Shown: piece after piece, positions 1 to 10,618 of the stretch
Numbering within the stretch: the stretch's first letter is position 1
Layout of the letters: every line of letters starts with the position of its first letter
Source of the DNA: Anaerolineales bacterium
Lineage (GTDB): Bacteria; Chloroflexota; Anaerolineae; Anaerolineales; Villigracilaceae
Length of the DNA stretch: 64,000 nt
Assembly (NCBI GenBank): GCA_016932715.1
Contig: JAFGCG010000053.1
Span: 499 to 64,498 of the forward strand
Direction: 5' to 3'
The notes under the pieces: model-generated
Told to the model about the DNA's origin: nothing
Database searches by the model: none
The model's input: only the letters and a program-made list of their open reading frames with translations
Position numbers and translations under genes: made by a program

Positions 1-881
1 TGCACAATATGGATGAGAACCAGATGGCGATCTGGCGCGGGACGAACCTGGGTATCATCTTTCAATTCTTTCAGCTGCTGCCTGCCCTCAACCTTCTGCA
101 AAATGTAATCCTGCCCATGGATCTGGCAGGGAAGTATTCGCCGCGCGAAAGACGCCAGCGCGCCGAGCATCTCTTGGAATTAGTAGGACTCAGCGAGCAT
201 CAGCATAAACTGCCAAGTATGATCTCCGGCGGTCAGCAGCAGCGTGCAGCGGTCGCGCGCGCCCTCGCCAATGATCCACCGATCCTCATCGCGGATGAAC
301 CCACGGGCAACCTGGACTCGAAGACAGCTGAATCGGTCTTTTCGCTTTTCAATGACCTGGTTGCACAGGGCAAGACGGTCATCATTGTGACGCACGATAG
401 TGGCCTCGCCAAACGCACCCACCGCACTGCACTCATCGCAGACGGCGAGATCGTCAACGAGTACCTGGCAAAAGCCTTGCCCACCCTCACCCCGGCTCAA
501 CTTCTGTCCGCCACTCACAAAGTCAAGGCGCGTGAGTACGAGGCCGGAGCAATGATCCTTACGGAAGGCAGGGATAACGACCAGTTTTATATCGTGTCCA
601 AAGGTACAGTGGAAGTCGTATTACCGCGCCCCAATCAATCCGATGTGGTCATTCTGCAATTAGGTCCCGGCAAGTACTTTGGCGAGATCGCCTTCTTCCA
701 CAATAGCAAGACCAACGCTTCGGTGCGCGCCTCCGAGAGCGGACCTGTGGAAGTGCTGGCGATCCGCTACGATCAGCTCAACGAATTGCTGAACGAGTCC
801 GAGGTCACGCGCGAGGCGCTGAGTCAAGCCGCCGACCGCCATCAGCAGGAAAACATCGAATTTCGGGAAGAAAAGGTCTGA
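1..881 (+). CDS. ABC transporter ATP-binding subunit (MacB/LolD-type NBD) fused to a C-terminal cyclic-nucleotide-binding-like domain; 5-prime end lies outside the window
   Basis: Frame is open to base 1 ([13 protein letters not shown] aligns with [13 protein letters not shown] of the paralog at 3309). ABC signature SGGQQQR, Walker [17 protein letters not shown]. Then [24 protein letters not shown] and ASVRA beta-roll motifs. Confidence 0.9.
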   Translation, partial: HNMDENQMAIWRGTNLGIIFQFFQLLPALNLLQNVILPMDLAGKYSPRERRQRAEHLLELVGLSEHQHKLPSMISGGQQQRAAVARALANDPPILIADEPTGNLDSKTAESVFSLFNDLVAQGKTVIIVTHDSGLAKRTHRTALIADGEIVNEYLAKALPTLTPAQLLSATHKVKAREYEAGAMILTEGRDNDQFYIVSKGTVEVVLPRPNQSDVVILQLGPGKYFGEIAFFHNSKTNASVRASESGPVEVLAIRYDQLNELLNESEVTREALSQAADRHQQENIEFREEKV

Positions 882-882
882 G

Positions 883-3291
883 ATGGGCGTGATCTGGTAC
901 AAGGTCTGGTTCGACCTGTGGCACAACAAGACGCGGACCCTGCTGGCGGTGCTGAGCATTGCAGCAGGTGTGTTCGCCGTGGGCGCGATCTTCGGCATGA
1001 GCGAACTGCTCGTGACGAACATGAACGAGTCTCACCGTGCCGTCCTGCCCACCCATATTGATGTGGGTCTGGCAAGCTACGTCGACAAAGATGTTATTCT
1101 CAGCATCAGGGAAGTGCCGGGCGTCGAAGATGTCGAACCCTACAACTCGGTCACTGCACTTTACAAACTGCGTCCCGAGGACGAATGGCGGCAGGCTGTC
1201 GTTCAGATGCGTCCCGATTTCGAACTCCAGAAGTATGAATTGCTGCAATTGCGGGGCGGACACTGGCCCGGCGCAAAGAATGATCTCGCCATCGAACGCA
1301 TGGCGGCTCAATTCCTGGGAGTGGAGATCGGCGATTCGATTATCTTCAAGATCGACGATAAAGAACGGACGCTGCCCGTCACAGGGCTGATCCGGCATCC
1401 GTTCGTGCCGCCGCCGCAATTCATGGACCTGGCATTCTTCTTTATGAGCGGTGAAGGCATGGAACGCCTGAACGTGCCAGAGGGCAAATTCGGTGCATTC
1501 TACGTGCGGGTCACACCGTACAGCTACGATCAGGCGAGAGAAGTCGCCTCTCTCATTAAAGACAAGCTCGCCGATCAAGGCGTGGGTGTCGGATCGTTTG
1601 TCTACGAGGATCCGGAAGAACATTGGGGCAGCGGCATGATGGACGGTTTTGCGCTGGTCCAGAAGCTGCTGGCACTGATCTGCGTCGTGGTCGGAGCGAT
1701 CCTGATCTACAACACGCTCTCCAATCTCATCACACAGCAGACGAATCAGATCGGTATCCTCAAAGCGATCGGCGGCAGAACCAGTACGATCATCGGGATT
1801 TATCTCGTCAATGCCTTAGTGTACGGCATGTTGGCATTGGTTATCGCTTTACCGTTAGGCGCAGTGGTCGCTTCCAGCGTCACTAAGGTTTTCTTGAATC
1901 TCTTTAACATCGATTACAACCAGTTCGAACTCTCTGCGCAAGCTGTTACCTTCCAGGTGATCTCGGCCCTGGCTGCGCCGCTGCTGGCGGGTCTGCCGCC
2001 GGTCTTACACGGCGCCCGGATCAGCGTCCGGCAGGCGATCGCCAGCTATGGACTGGGAGGCGATTTTCGTTCGGGCCGGCTCGACCGCCTGGTCGACGCC
2101 TTCGGACAGCGCTGGCTTTCCTCGCAGTATGCAACGGCCCTGGGCAACATGTTCCGGCACAGAGGACGCCTGCTGCTGACACAGCTGGTGCTGATCTCAG
2201 CCGGCGGATCGTTCCTGATGGTCATGAGCCTGAACTCTTCCGTCACATTCACACTGGACAACCTCTTTGGGCGCCGGCAGTTCGACACGACGATCCAGTT
2301 CGGGTCGAACCAGAGAGCCGGGCGGGTCCAGGCACTCGCGGCAACCATACCCGGCGTGGAGGCGTCTGAATTGCGTCTGGTTCAGTCGGCAAGCCTGTTT
2401 GTGGAAGGTCAACTGATCAAGGAAGCCGGCATTGGGACCAGCCTGCAAGGCATCCCCACCGGCAGTGATTTTTCCTCGCCGCTGATCGTGGCGGGACGCT
2501 GGTTCACGCCCGGGGAAAACGGCCGCGCGGTTGTGATGACACGCCAGACAGCGGAGGATAACGATATCCAGGTCGGCGACAAGGTGACGCTTGACCTGGG
2601 CGAAATGGGAAAGGACGAGTGGCTGGTCATCGGCTTGTACGACCCGGTGTTCGTCGGCGGCTTTAATCAGGATACGATTTTTGCGCCTCTGGAATCTTTG
2701 TATCAGACCACAAAAAAGTACGGCCAGGGGTCCGTGTTGTATGTGCGCACGACCTCCCATGAGCCCGAGTTCACCGCCGCTGTTACCAAACAACTCAAGG
2801 AGATGTATGATCGCCATGGCTTGAAAGTCGCCATCAGTGAGACCCAGGCCGAGGCGCGCAAAACTGCTAACTGGCAGTTCGCCATCGTCATCTGGATGAT
2901 GCTCGCCCTGGCGATCATCGTGGCGCTGGTGGGAGGGCTGGCATTGATGGGCGCCCTCTCGATCGGCGTCATCGAACGGACGAAAGAGATCGGTGTACTG
3001 CGGGCAGTGGGAGCGCGCTCGCGGTCGATCCTTGGCATCTTTGTCATGGAAGGTTTGCTGCAAGGGTTGTTGAGCTGGCTGGTCGCCATGCCTGTTTCCT
3101 TCCTGGCAAGCCCGGCGTTAGCCAATGCATTGGGAAAAACCATGTTCGGCGCTACGCTGGATTATCAATATAATTGGTCTGCTGTGACGACCTGGCTGGC
3201 AACTGTTTTAATCATTTCCATCGTGGCATCCATTCTGCCTGCACGCAATGCAACTCGCATCAGTGTACGTGACAGCCTGGCATATGCATAA
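883..3291 (+). CDS. ABC transporter permease, double FtsX/MacB-type (802 aa)
   Basis: N-terminal TM helix ([17 protein letters not shown]). Two large extracytoplasmic regions, each followed by FtsX-like TM bundles ([14 protein letters not shown]; [14 protein letters not shown]). Starts 2 nt after the upstream stop. Confidence 0.9.
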   Translation: MGVIWYKVWFDLWHNKTRTLLAVLSIAAGVFAVGAIFGMSELLVTNMNESHRAVLPTHIDVGLASYVDKDVILSIREVPGVEDVEPYNSVTALYKLRPEDEWRQAVVQMRPDFELQKYELLQLRGGHWPGAKNDLAIERMAAQFLGVEIGDSIIFKIDDKERTLPVTGLIRHPFVPPPQFMDLAFFFMSGEGMERLNVPEGKFGAFYVRVTPYSYDQAREVASLIKDKLADQGVGVGSFVYEDPEEHWGSGMMDGFALVQKLLALICVVVGAILIYNTLSNLITQQTNQIGILKAIGGRTSTIIGIYLVNALVYGMLALVIALPLGAVVASSVTKVFLNLFNIDYNQFELSAQAVTFQVISALAAPLLAGLPPVLHGARISVRQAIASYGLGGDFRSGRLDRLVDAFGQRWLSSQYATALGNMFRHRGRLLLTQLVLISAGGSFLMVMSLNSSVTFTLDNLFGRRQFDTTIQFGSNQRAGRVQALAATIPGVEASELRLVQSASLFVEGQLIKEAGIGTSLQGIPTGSDFSSPLIVAGRWFTPGENGRAVVMTRQTAEDNDIQVGDKVTLDLGEMGKDEWLVIGLYDPVFVGGFNQDTIFAPLESLYQTTKKYGQGSVLYVRTTSHEPEFTAAVTKQLKEMYDRHGLKVAISETQAEARKTANWQFAIVIWMMLALAIIVALVGGLALMGALSIGVIERTKEIGVLRAVGARSRSILGIFVMEGLLQGLLSWLVAMPVSFLASPALANALGKTMFGATLDYQYNWSAVTTWLATVLIISIVASILPARNATRISVRDSLAYA

Positions 3292-3308
3292 CGAAACCCG
3301 GAGGATAC

Positions 3309-4457
3309 ATGTTTACACTTCCATTCTTTAAAAGTAATGAGCCAAAAAACAACGGAAACGGCTCCCATCCCATTATCGACCTGCGGGATGTCCATAAGTT
3401 CTATAAGACCGCCATTGGAGATTTCCGCGCCCTGAACAGCATCGACCTGGAAATCAATGCCGGCGAATTTGTCGGTGTCATCGGCAAATCAGGCAGCGGT
3501 AAATCCACGCTACTGAACATGATCACGGGCATCGATCGCCCCACCTCAGGCGAGGTGTTCGTCAACGGAACAGCCGTACATGAGTTGAATGAGAATCAGA
3601 TGGCGCGCTGGCGCGGCAAGAATCTCGGCATCGTGTTCCAGTTCTTCCAGCTCCTGCCGACCATCTCGGTCATCGAAAACATCATGCTGCCGATGGATTT
3701 TTGCCGCACCTATCCGATGCGCGAACGCGAGCCGCGCGCCCTGGCATTGCTCGAGATGGTGGAACTGGCTGATCAGGCTTACAAACTGCCCACTGCCCTC
3801 TCCGGTGGGCAGCAGCAGCGCGTCGCGATCGCACGCGCCCTGGCGAACGATCCGCCGATCGTGATCGCGGACGAACCCACAGGCAACCTCGATTCCAAGA
3901 CCGCGGAGGCTGTCTTTGGTTTGTTCCACGAACTGGTCGCCCAGGGCAAGACCATCATCATCGTGACGCACGACAGCGGTCTGGCAAAGCAGACCCACCG
4001 CACGGCTTTGATCACCGACGGCGAGATCGTCAACGAATATGTTGCAAAAGCGATGCCAACCCTGACACAGGACCAGCTCCTGGAAGCCACCCGCCAGGCA
4101 AAATGCCAGACCTACGAGGCAGGCACAATGATCATCTCCGAGGGCACGAACGCGGATTCCTTTTACATCGTTTCCAGGGGAACCGTGGAAGTGATTCTCC
4201 CGCGCGAAAATCAATCCGACGTTGTTGCGCTGCAGCTCGGACCGGGAAAAGTCTTTGGCGAAATGGGGTTATTCCATGAACGCAGACACTGGGCATCCGT
4301 GCGCGCCTCCGAACATGGACCGGTGGAGGTATTGGTCCTCCGGTACGATCAACTCGATGAACTGCTGGCGCAGTCTGAGGCGACGCGTGAGGCGCTGCAC
4401 CGGATGGCGAACCGGAACAAAGAGTCCAATCTCGCCCAAAGGAATGGTATAGCATGA
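3309..4457 (+). CDS. ABC transporter ATP-binding subunit fused to a C-terminal cyclic-nucleotide-binding-like domain (382 aa)
   Basis: Walker [10 protein letters not shown], signature LSGGQQQR, Walker [18 protein letters not shown]-terminal [29 protein letters not shown]. Full-length paralog of 1..881. Confidence 0.92.
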   Translation: MFTLPFFKSNEPKNNGNGSHPIIDLRDVHKFYKTAIGDFRALNSIDLEINAGEFVGVIGKSGSGKSTLLNMITGIDRPTSGEVFVNGTAVHELNENQMARWRGKNLGIVFQFFQLLPTISVIENIMLPMDFCRTYPMREREPRALALLEMVELADQAYKLPTALSGGQQQRVAIARALANDPPIVIADEPTGNLDSKTAEAVFGLFHELVAQGKTIIIVTHDSGLAKQTHRTALITDGEIVNEYVAKAMPTLTQDQLLEATRQAKCQTYEAGTMIISEGTNADSFYIVSRGTVEVILPRENQSDVVALQLGPGKVFGEMGLFHERRHWASVRASEHGPVEVLVLRYDQLDELLAQSEATREALHRMANRNKESNLAQRNGIA

Positions 4458-6844
4458 GCAGCCGTTGGAAGAAAGTCTGGGCTGATTTCTGGGGCAACAA
4501 ATCGCGTACTGTTCTCACCATTCTGACCATCGGGGTGGGTGTCTTTGCAGTGGGTCTTACCGGCAACATGGGCGCCTACATGATCGAGAGCATGGACACC
4601 GATTACCTGTCTGCACGCCCCTCTGAGGCGGAAGTGTACGCGGGTCCACTGGATGACAAAATGGTGAAGATCGCGCGCGAGGTCCCGGGTGTGGATGCGG
4701 TCGAAGGGCGCAGCTCCACCTACGCGGATGTCGTTCAGCCCGGTGCCGCCCGGCAGATCTCGATCCGGTTTACTTCACTCGATGATTCGAAACCGAACAC
4801 GGTCAACCAGCTTAAACCTGCACTGGGTGAAACCAGCCTGCCGCCTCTTGGCGAAAAAGAGATCCTCGTCGATGCTTCGGCGAAAACGCTTGGATACGAA
4901 CCTGGCGATGTCATCACCGTCGAACTGTCGGATGGCAAACGCCGCGAGCTGGTGCTCGCCGGATACATGCACGACGTGACCGGCTTTCCCTTCAGCTTTA
5001 CGTACACCATGAACGCCTACGTGACGCCTAAAACATTGAAATGGCTGGGTGGGTACGATGGCTACGATTCACTCATGATCAGCGTCGCGGAAAACCAAAC
5101 CGACCAGGATCACGTGACGGCAGTGGCGCAGGCCGTTGCAGACCGGGTGGAACGCGCCGGTGCGACGGTTTACTATGTGCATGTCTATCAACCAGGTCAT
5201 CACTTCGCCTATAGTATTACGCAGGGCATCATCTCCGTCCTGACCATCCTCGGGTACATGACCGTTTTGCTGAGTGGGTTCCTGATCGTCAACACGGTCA
5301 CTGCCCTGATGACACAGCAAACGCGTCACATCGGGATCATGAAAGCCGTCGGCGGCGCGAACTCACAAATCCTGGCCATGTATATGGTCCTGATCCTGGG
5401 TTTTGGATTGGCTGCCTTGTTGATCGGCTTTCCACTCGCAAACACTGCTTCGGAGTGGCTCGGCGGAGGGATGGCAGAATACTTGAACTTCTATACCCTG
5501 CCGTACAGGGCATATCCAAGCGCCGTGATCCAACAGGTGTTCGTAGCCCTGATCGTGCCAGTACTGGCGGCGCTTCTGCCTATCTACAATAGCGTCCGCG
5601 TGAGCGTGCGCGAGGCGATCAGTGATTATGGCATCGGCGGCAATGCAAAACCGAAGCAAAAATCAGTGAACAAGGGTGTGGTGCTCATCCCGCGCCCGAT
5701 CCGCCTCTCGCTGCGAAATGCTTTCCGCAAACGGACGCGTCTGGCACTGACCCTGTTCACACTGGTGCTGGGCGGCGCGATCTTCATCGGTATCTATAAT
5801 CTGTGGGCTTCGTTCGACAAGACGATGGAGGATATTCAGGGCTATTTCATGGCGGATATCAATATCTCCTTTGGGCGTTACTACCGCTTCGACGAAGTTG
5901 CGCCCATCGCGCAGAGTGTCCCGGGAGTTTCCAGCGTCGAAGGCTGGACGGAATACGCCGGCACTTTGATCATGGATGAAGACAAGCCTGGCACGCAAAT
6001 CGCGTTTATTGCTCCACCTTCAACGTCCACGTTGATCCAGCCCATCATCACGGCAGGTCGCTGGTTGGAAACGGGTGACGAGAACGCCGTGGTCATTGGC
6101 AATCACCTCTTGAACGTTTTCCCCGATCTCAAAGTCGGTGACTGGTTGACCGTCGAAATCGATGGCAAAGAGACAAAATGGCACATTATTGGCGTATACA
6201 ACTTAACCGGCAATGTAAGCCCGCCCTTGCTCTATACCAATTATGAATACCTGAGCCGCATCATTGGAGAGCCTGGACAGGTGTATTCCTTGCGTGTCCT
6301 CACGGACCAGCATGACGCAATTTCACAAAAGAGGCTCAGCCAGCAGATCGAGGCGCTTTACAAGAAGAATGGCATTCAGTTTTCCTCCACACAACTCGGC
6401 GCCGAATGGATCCAGGACCAAAAATCAACGACTGACATTCTCGTGCGCTTCCTGCTTGTCATGGCGATCATGATCGCTATCGTCGGCGGGCTGGGCTTGA
6501 TGGGTACGATGAGCATCAATGTCCTCGAACGCACGCGTGAGATCGGCGTGATGCGCGCCGTCGGCGCCTCCAATGCTGACATCCAGGGGATCGTAATCGT
6601 GGAAGGCATGGTGATCGGCTTGATCAGCTGGGCGATCAGCATCCTGTTCTCCATTCCCATCACAGGTGCTCTCTGCTATGTCGTGGGAGTAGCCATCATG
6701 ACTTCCCCCCTGCCCGTTGTCTACGGTACAACTGGCATTATTGCCTGGCTGATCTTCACTCTGGTCCTTGCCACGATCGCCAGCGCACTGCCCGCACGCC
6801 GGGCATCCAGTCTCACTGTACGCGACACACTGGCATACGAGTAA
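4454..6844 (+). CDS. ABC transporter permease, double FtsX/MacB-type (796 aa)
   Basis: Same architecture as 883..3291 ([14 protein letters not shown]; [14 protein letters not shown]). 4-nt ATGA overlap with the upstream ATPase stop. Confidence 0.9.
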   Translation: MSSRWKKVWADFWGNKSRTVLTILTIGVGVFAVGLTGNMGAYMIESMDTDYLSARPSEAEVYAGPLDDKMVKIAREVPGVDAVEGRSSTYADVVQPGAARQISIRFTSLDDSKPNTVNQLKPALGETSLPPLGEKEILVDASAKTLGYEPGDVITVELSDGKRRELVLAGYMHDVTGFPFSFTYTMNAYVTPKTLKWLGGYDGYDSLMISVAENQTDQDHVTAVAQAVADRVERAGATVYYVHVYQPGHHFAYSITQGIISVLTILGYMTVLLSGFLIVNTVTALMTQQTRHIGIMKAVGGANSQILAMYMVLILGFGLAALLIGFPLANTASEWLGGGMAEYLNFYTLPYRAYPSAVIQQVFVALIVPVLAALLPIYNSVRVSVREAISDYGIGGNAKPKQKSVNKGVVLIPRPIRLSLRNAFRKRTRLALTLFTLVLGGAIFIGIYNLWASFDKTMEDIQGYFMADINISFGRYYRFDEVAPIAQSVPGVSSVEGWTEYAGTLIMDEDKPGTQIAFIAPPSTSTLIQPIITAGRWLETGDENAVVIGNHLLNVFPDLKVGDWLTVEIDGKETKWHIIGVYNLTGNVSPPLLYTNYEYLSRIIGEPGQVYSLRVLTDQHDAISQKRLSQQIEALYKKNGIQFSSTQLGAEWIQDQKSTTDILVRFLLVMAIMIAIVGGLGLMGTMSINVLERTREIGVMRAVGASNADIQGIVIVEGMVIGLISWAISILFSIPITGALCYVVGVAIMTSPLPVVYGTTGIIAWLIFTLVLATIASALPARRASSLTVRDTLAYE

Positions 6845-6849
6845 TTAAA

Positions 6850-6943
6850 GTATACAGGTAACAAGTAGACAGGTAGATAAGTAAGAGTACGACTTGCCTA
6901 CCTGCTTACTTGTTTCCCTATATACCTACTTACCTATGTACAC
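6850..6943. repeat. Octamer-phased GTAnACAr / yTGTnTAC hairpin element (locus A)
   Basis: GTATACAG GTAACAAG TAGACAGG TAGATAAG ... CTACCTGC TTACTTGT ... ATACCTAC TTACCTAT GTACAC. Arms ACAAGTAGACAGGTAG (6861..6876) and CTACCTGCTTACTTGT (6898..6913) pair at 14 of 16 positions. It starts 6 nt after the permease stop. Confidence 0.6.
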
Positions 6944-6952
6944 GCTGGCGAT

Positions 6953-6991
6953 TATCATGTTTGTAAGCCAGTTACTATCATGTTTGTAAGC
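6953..6991 (+). promoter_or_regulatory. Two perfect 16-nt direct repeats TATCATGTTTGTAAGC spaced 23 nt apart, upstream of the histidine kinase gene
   Basis: Copies at 6953..6968 and 6976..6991. Confidence 0.45.
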
Positions 6992-7065
6992 GGGGCATGC
7001 CGGCAGCCAAAGTCCCCTGGTTTATAATCGACTGGACCAGTAAATCATCACATCCGGGCTCTTCC

Positions 7066-9225
7066 ATGTCTTATCACTTCCAGCTCAACATGATGCCGCT
7101 CGCGCTGGGCGCTTTGATCGCAGGCGCGCTGGCGTTGTACACCTGGCAAAACCGGCGGGCGGTCGCTGCGGCGCCTTTCTCCATCATGATGCTGATCCTG
7201 TATGAGTGGCAAATCTCCTACATCTTCGAACTGGCGGGGACAGACCTCTCCACCAAGCTCTTTTGGGACAAAGCAATGTTTTTCGGCGTGGTCGCCACGC
7301 CAGTTGCATGGCTGGTCTTCGCTCTCGAATATACCGGGCGCAAGACCTGGATCAATGCGCGCCGCTTTGTCATGCTCTCCATTATCCCGGTATTCACATT
7401 GGTCATTATCCTTACGAATGATTTGCACCAGCTTTTCTGGACGCGGATGACGCTTTCCGCCGAAGGTGAGTTCCTGGTCCTGGTTCCCCGTTATGGTCCG
7501 TGGTACTGGATCCATACCGTTTATTCGTACACGTTGATCATCATCGGTTTTTTCCTGATCATACGTACTCTGCTGCGCTGGCCCACACAGTATCGCGGAC
7601 AAATGGTCTGGGTGCTGTTCGCGACCGTGACGCCATTCATTGCCAACATCCTCTTTGTGTTTCGCATCGTCCCTGTCCTCATCGACCTGACGCCGATCGC
7701 CTTTACGGTCACAGGCATTGGGCTGGCATTCGCAGTTTTTCACTACCGCTTGCTGGATATCGCCCCGATCGCACGGGACATTGTCGTGGACGGCATGAAG
7801 GATGGCATGATCGTTTTGGATGCTAATCGCAGGATCGTGGACATCAACCGCGCCGCGCAGCAGATGATCGGGCTGTCGGGTGAACAGGCGCCTATTGGCA
7901 AAACACTGCCGCACGTGCTTGCAAAATGGCCCGACCTGATCGAACGCTACCGTGACGTCCTGGAAGCGGAGGATGAGATCAGGGTTGGCGAAGGAGAAAC
8001 GCAGCGCTGGTATGAATTGGGCCTGTCCGCCCTGTTGGACGGGAACAAATCATTGATCGGGCGGGTGATCACGGTCCACGACATTACCGATCGCAAACAG
8101 GCTGAGAGTCAATTGCAGGAAAGCGAGGCGCGCTTCCGGCAGATCGTGGAAAACGCCAGCGACATCATCTACCGGGTGGACACCAGCGGCTGCCTCACAT
8201 ACGCCAACCCGGCAGCCATGCGCGTTTTGGGATACGAAAGTGAAAAGGATGTGATTGGCAGGCACTACCTCGACCTGGTCGCGCCCGAGGTGCGGCACAA
8301 GGTCAAGCGCATCTATGAACACCAGTTTTTGAGCAAAACACCAACCACCTATCATGAATTGCCCGCCATCGCAGCCGACGGCCGCGAAATCTGGTTGGGG
8401 CAAAATGTACAACTCATTTATGAGGGGGATCAGATCACAGGCTTTCAGTCCCTGGCACGCGACATTACCGCCATCAAACAGGCTTATGATGCCCTGCGCC
8501 TCGCCCACGACCAGGCGCTGGAAGCCAACCTTGCAAAGACCCGCCTGCTCTCAAAGGTGAGTCATGAATTGCGGACTCCGCTGGGAGGCATCCTCGGCTA
8601 TGCTGAGCTTCTCCAGCGCAATAGCTTCGGGCCGTTGAACGAGAAGCAAAAGAGGGCTACCTCTGAGATCGTCGAAAGTGCGGATTATCTGGCAACCATG
8701 GTCAGTGAGCTTCTCGATGAAGCGCAGCTGCGCTCGAGCACAGCCACACTGCTCGAGAATGTCTTCTCTCCTTTCAAGCTCATCAAGCAAGCCACCTCCG
8801 GCATGGACATCCTTGCGCAGAAGAAGGGCCTGGAGTTTTCCTCATACACGGACCCGGATTTGCCGCAGGGGATTTTCGGAGACGAACGCCGCATCCGCCA
8901 GATCGTGATCAATCTGATCGGCAATGCGATCAAGTTCACGAAAGAAGGCAGTGTACATCTCAATGTCATGCGCCACAACGAGAATCACTGGGGAATTCAG
9001 GTCACCGATACAGGCATTGGCATCCCAAAGGAAGCGCAAGCCTCGATCTTCGAACCGTTTCAGCAGGTGCGTTCCGAGGTGACCCGTGACAACCGCGGCA
9101 TCGGCTTGGGGCTATCGATCACGAAGCAGTTGGTGGAACTGATGAACGGCAGGATCCTGCTCGAAAGCGAGCCCGGGCAAGGTTCGACGTTCACCGTTCT
9201 CCTTCCGATAAAAGCGATAGGATAG
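7066..9225 (+). CDS. Sensor histidine kinase: N-terminal multi-TM (7TM-type) domain, PAS repeats, HisKA, HATPase_c
   Basis: About 7 hydrophobic helices in the first 260 aa. PAS-like regions (MIVLDANRRIVDINRAA; IIYRVDTSGCLTYANPAA). H-box SHELRTPL. N/G boxes NLIGNAIKFT, DTGIGI, GLGLSI. The ORF is open from 6997, but the ATG at 7066 precedes the first TM helix. Confidence 0.88.
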   Translation: MSYHFQLNMMPLALGALIAGALALYTWQNRRAVAAAPFSIMMLILYEWQISYIFELAGTDLSTKLFWDKAMFFGVVATPVAWLVFALEYTGRKTWINARRFVMLSIIPVFTLVIILTNDLHQLFWTRMTLSAEGEFLVLVPRYGPWYWIHTVYSYTLIIIGFFLIIRTLLRWPTQYRGQMVWVLFATVTPFIANILFVFRIVPVLIDLTPIAFTVTGIGLAFAVFHYRLLDIAPIARDIVVDGMKDGMIVLDANRRIVDINRAAQQMIGLSGEQAPIGKTLPHVLAKWPDLIERYRDVLEAEDEIRVGEGETQRWYELGLSALLDGNKSLIGRVITVHDITDRKQAESQLQESEARFRQIVENASDIIYRVDTSGCLTYANPAAMRVLGYESEKDVIGRHYLDLVAPEVRHKVKRIYEHQFLSKTPTTYHELPAIAADGREIWLGQNVQLIYEGDQITGFQSLARDITAIKQAYDALRLAHDQALEANLAKTRLLSKVSHELRTPLGGILGYAELLQRNSFGPLNEKQKRATSEIVESADYLATMVSELLDEAQLRSSTATLLENVFSPFKLIKQATSGMDILAQKKGLEFSSYTDPDLPQGIFGDERRIRQIVINLIGNAIKFTKEGSVHLNVMRHNENHWGIQVTDTGIGIPKEAQASIFEPFQQVRSEVTRDNRGIGLGLSITKQLVELMNGRILLESEPGQGSTFTVLLPIKAIG

Positions 9226-9229
9226 CGCC

Positions 9230-9592
9230 ATGCCAAAACCCCTGGCATTCATCATTGAAGATGACCCGCAGCTCAACGAGATCATGTCCATCACTCTGCA
9301 GGCGGATTTCGAACTCGAAACCTGCGTCGATGGGGACACAGCCATGGAGCGATTGAAGAACGTCGTTCCGCGGATCATTATCCTTGATTTGAATCTTCCG
9401 GGGACATCGGGTCGGGACATTTTGACGTGTATTCGCTCAGATGAACGCCTTGCGAAAACACGTGTGATTCTGACGACAGCCGACAATCGCCAGGCAGAAA
9501 CCCTGCACAACGATGCGGATATCGTCCTGCTCAAACCCGTCAGCCCAAAGCAATTGCGGGAACTGGCTTTACGCGTGATTTCGATGCCATAG
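9230..9592 (+). CDS. Single-domain response regulator (CheY-like receiver)
   Basis: IIEDD acidic pocket, phospho-acceptor context IILDLNLPG, conserved LLKP lysine. Starts 4 nt after the HK stop. Confidence 0.9.
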   Translation: MPKPLAFIIEDDPQLNEIMSITLQADFELETCVDGDTAMERLKNVVPRIIILDLNLPGTSGRDILTCIRSDERLAKTRVILTTADNRQAETLHNDADIVLLKPVSPKQLRELALRVISMP

Positions 9593-9676
9593 GATGCTGC
9601 GCCTCCCGCGCCGCCGGTCACTGCTTCCGCTATCGAAGCGTTTCCCCGCTCCAATCCCTCGTCTACAAATGCTCTT

Positions 9677-9711
9677 TTAAACCGCAAAGCACACGAAGGT
9701 CGCGAAGAAAG
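9677..9711 (-). repeat. Dispersed repeat unit (inverted orientation)
   Basis: The reverse complement CTTTCTTCGCGACCTTCGTGTGCTTTGCGGTTTAA resembles the units at 9816 and 9868. Confidence 0.45.
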
Positions 9712-9815
9712 AACTCTAAAAGAGTGTTTTGAAATTCCGCGGAGGCGATGTTGAGTTCCCTTTCGGATAAATTTGAGCCGCGAATTCGCACGAATTGTTC
9801 CTTTTACGGACCCAA

Positions 9816-9850
9816 CCTTTGTGCTCTTCGTGTCCTTTGTGGTGAATTAA
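9816..9850 (+). repeat. Dispersed repeat unit
   Basis: CCTTTGTGCTCTTCGTGTCCTTTGTGGTGAATTAA. Confidence 0.45.
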
Positions 9851-9867
9851 GAAACACTCTCTAACAA

Positions 9868-9901
9868 TCTTTGCATTCTTCGCGCGCTTCGCGGTGAAGC
9901 C
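9868..9901 (+). repeat. Dispersed repeat unit
   Basis: TCTTTGCATTCTTCGCGCGCTTCGCGGTGAAGCC. Confidence 0.45.
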
Positions 9902-9904
9902 GTT

Positions 9905-10549
9905 TCAGTCATCGGAAATCGCCACGATGGTCTCCTTTGACTCGATCACTTCGGCAGCCAGCTTCCCTGCTGACAGTTCACGCAAGCCATCTTGAAATGC
10001 CTCGAAGGAATCGACCGGGAACTGCAAGGTCATCGTAATCTCCGCGGCGAAATCCTCCTCCAGAACCTTCCCGCCCTGACGCCTCACCAGCAGCCGGACG
10101 CGCTCCAGCAAATTGTATGGGATCGCCGCCATCGCCACATGCACCAGGACTCGTCGTCCGCGCCCCGCAGCCTGGACGACCCTCTGCGTGGACTCGGTAT
10201 ACGCCCTGACCAGTCCGCCCGTGCCCAGCAGCGTGCCGCCAAAATAACGCGTCACCACCACCGCCACGTCTCCGAGTCCGCTCCCGCGCAAAACTGCCAG
10301 CGCGGGCTTGCCCGCCGTCCCTGAGGGTTCGCCGTCATCGGAGAAGTATTCTGTCACCGTATTTCCTCCCCCGAGAATATACGCCGGGACATTGTGGCTC
10401 GCATCTGCAAACTCCTTTTTGATGCGCCCAATGAATGCCCGCGCCTCCTCAACACTGAAGACCGGCGCGAGCGTGGCGATGAACCGCGAGTTGACAACCA
10501 CATGCTCGCGGCGGATTTCATGGAGAGGCATGGCATAAGGTTTGGACAT
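9905..10549 (-). CDS. YigZ/IMPACT family protein (UPF0029)
   Basis: NSRFIATLAPV, HNVPAYILG, DDGEPSGTAGKP and VVTRYFGGTLLGTGGLVRAY are typical IMPACT-N motifs. Confidence 0.85.
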   Translation of the reverse strand: MSKPYAMPLHEIRREHVVVNSRFIATLAPVFSVEEARAFIGRIKKEFADASHNVPAYILGGGNTVTEYFSDDGEPSGTAGKPALAVLRGSGLGDVAVVVTRYFGGTLLGTGGLVRAYTESTQRVVQAAGRGRRVLVHVAMAAIPYNLLERVRLLVRRQGGKVLEEDFAAEITMTLQFPVDSFEAFQDGLRELSAGKLAAEVIESKETIVAISDD

Positions 10550-10618
10550 GAAAAGTATTTTACTACCGGCTCACCGCAACTAAATCGCGCGCAGGGTGTA
10601 TCAAAGGTCAGGTGAACT

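Noticed and set aside
805-1623. Long antisense ORFs opposite clearly homologous genes. Examples: 805..1623, 2197..3063, 3546..4214, 7048..7914, 13487..14530, 22154..22912, 22973..24004, 30339..31331, 33339..34226, 34528..35238, 43626..44831, 45506..46186, 54174..54977 and 56297..57616.
   Set aside because: They are shadow ORFs typical of G+C-rich coding DNA. Their translations are Arg/Pro/His-rich with no motifs, and each is fully covered by an opposite-strand gene with strong family signatures.
6850-6943. The octamer-phased repeats (here and at 55262, 57731 and 60268) as a possible CRISPR array or tandem VNTR.
   Set aside because: The period is only 8 nt with no spacers. The units are degenerate and switch to their own complement within each locus. 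There are no cas genes. They behave as hairpin-forming intergenic elements.
9112-9687. A 191-aa minus-strand ORF spanning the end of the histidine kinase, the receiver gene and the repeat-containing gap.
   Set aside because: It is antisense to two well-supported genes. The remainder runs through the dispersed repeats. It has no motifs.
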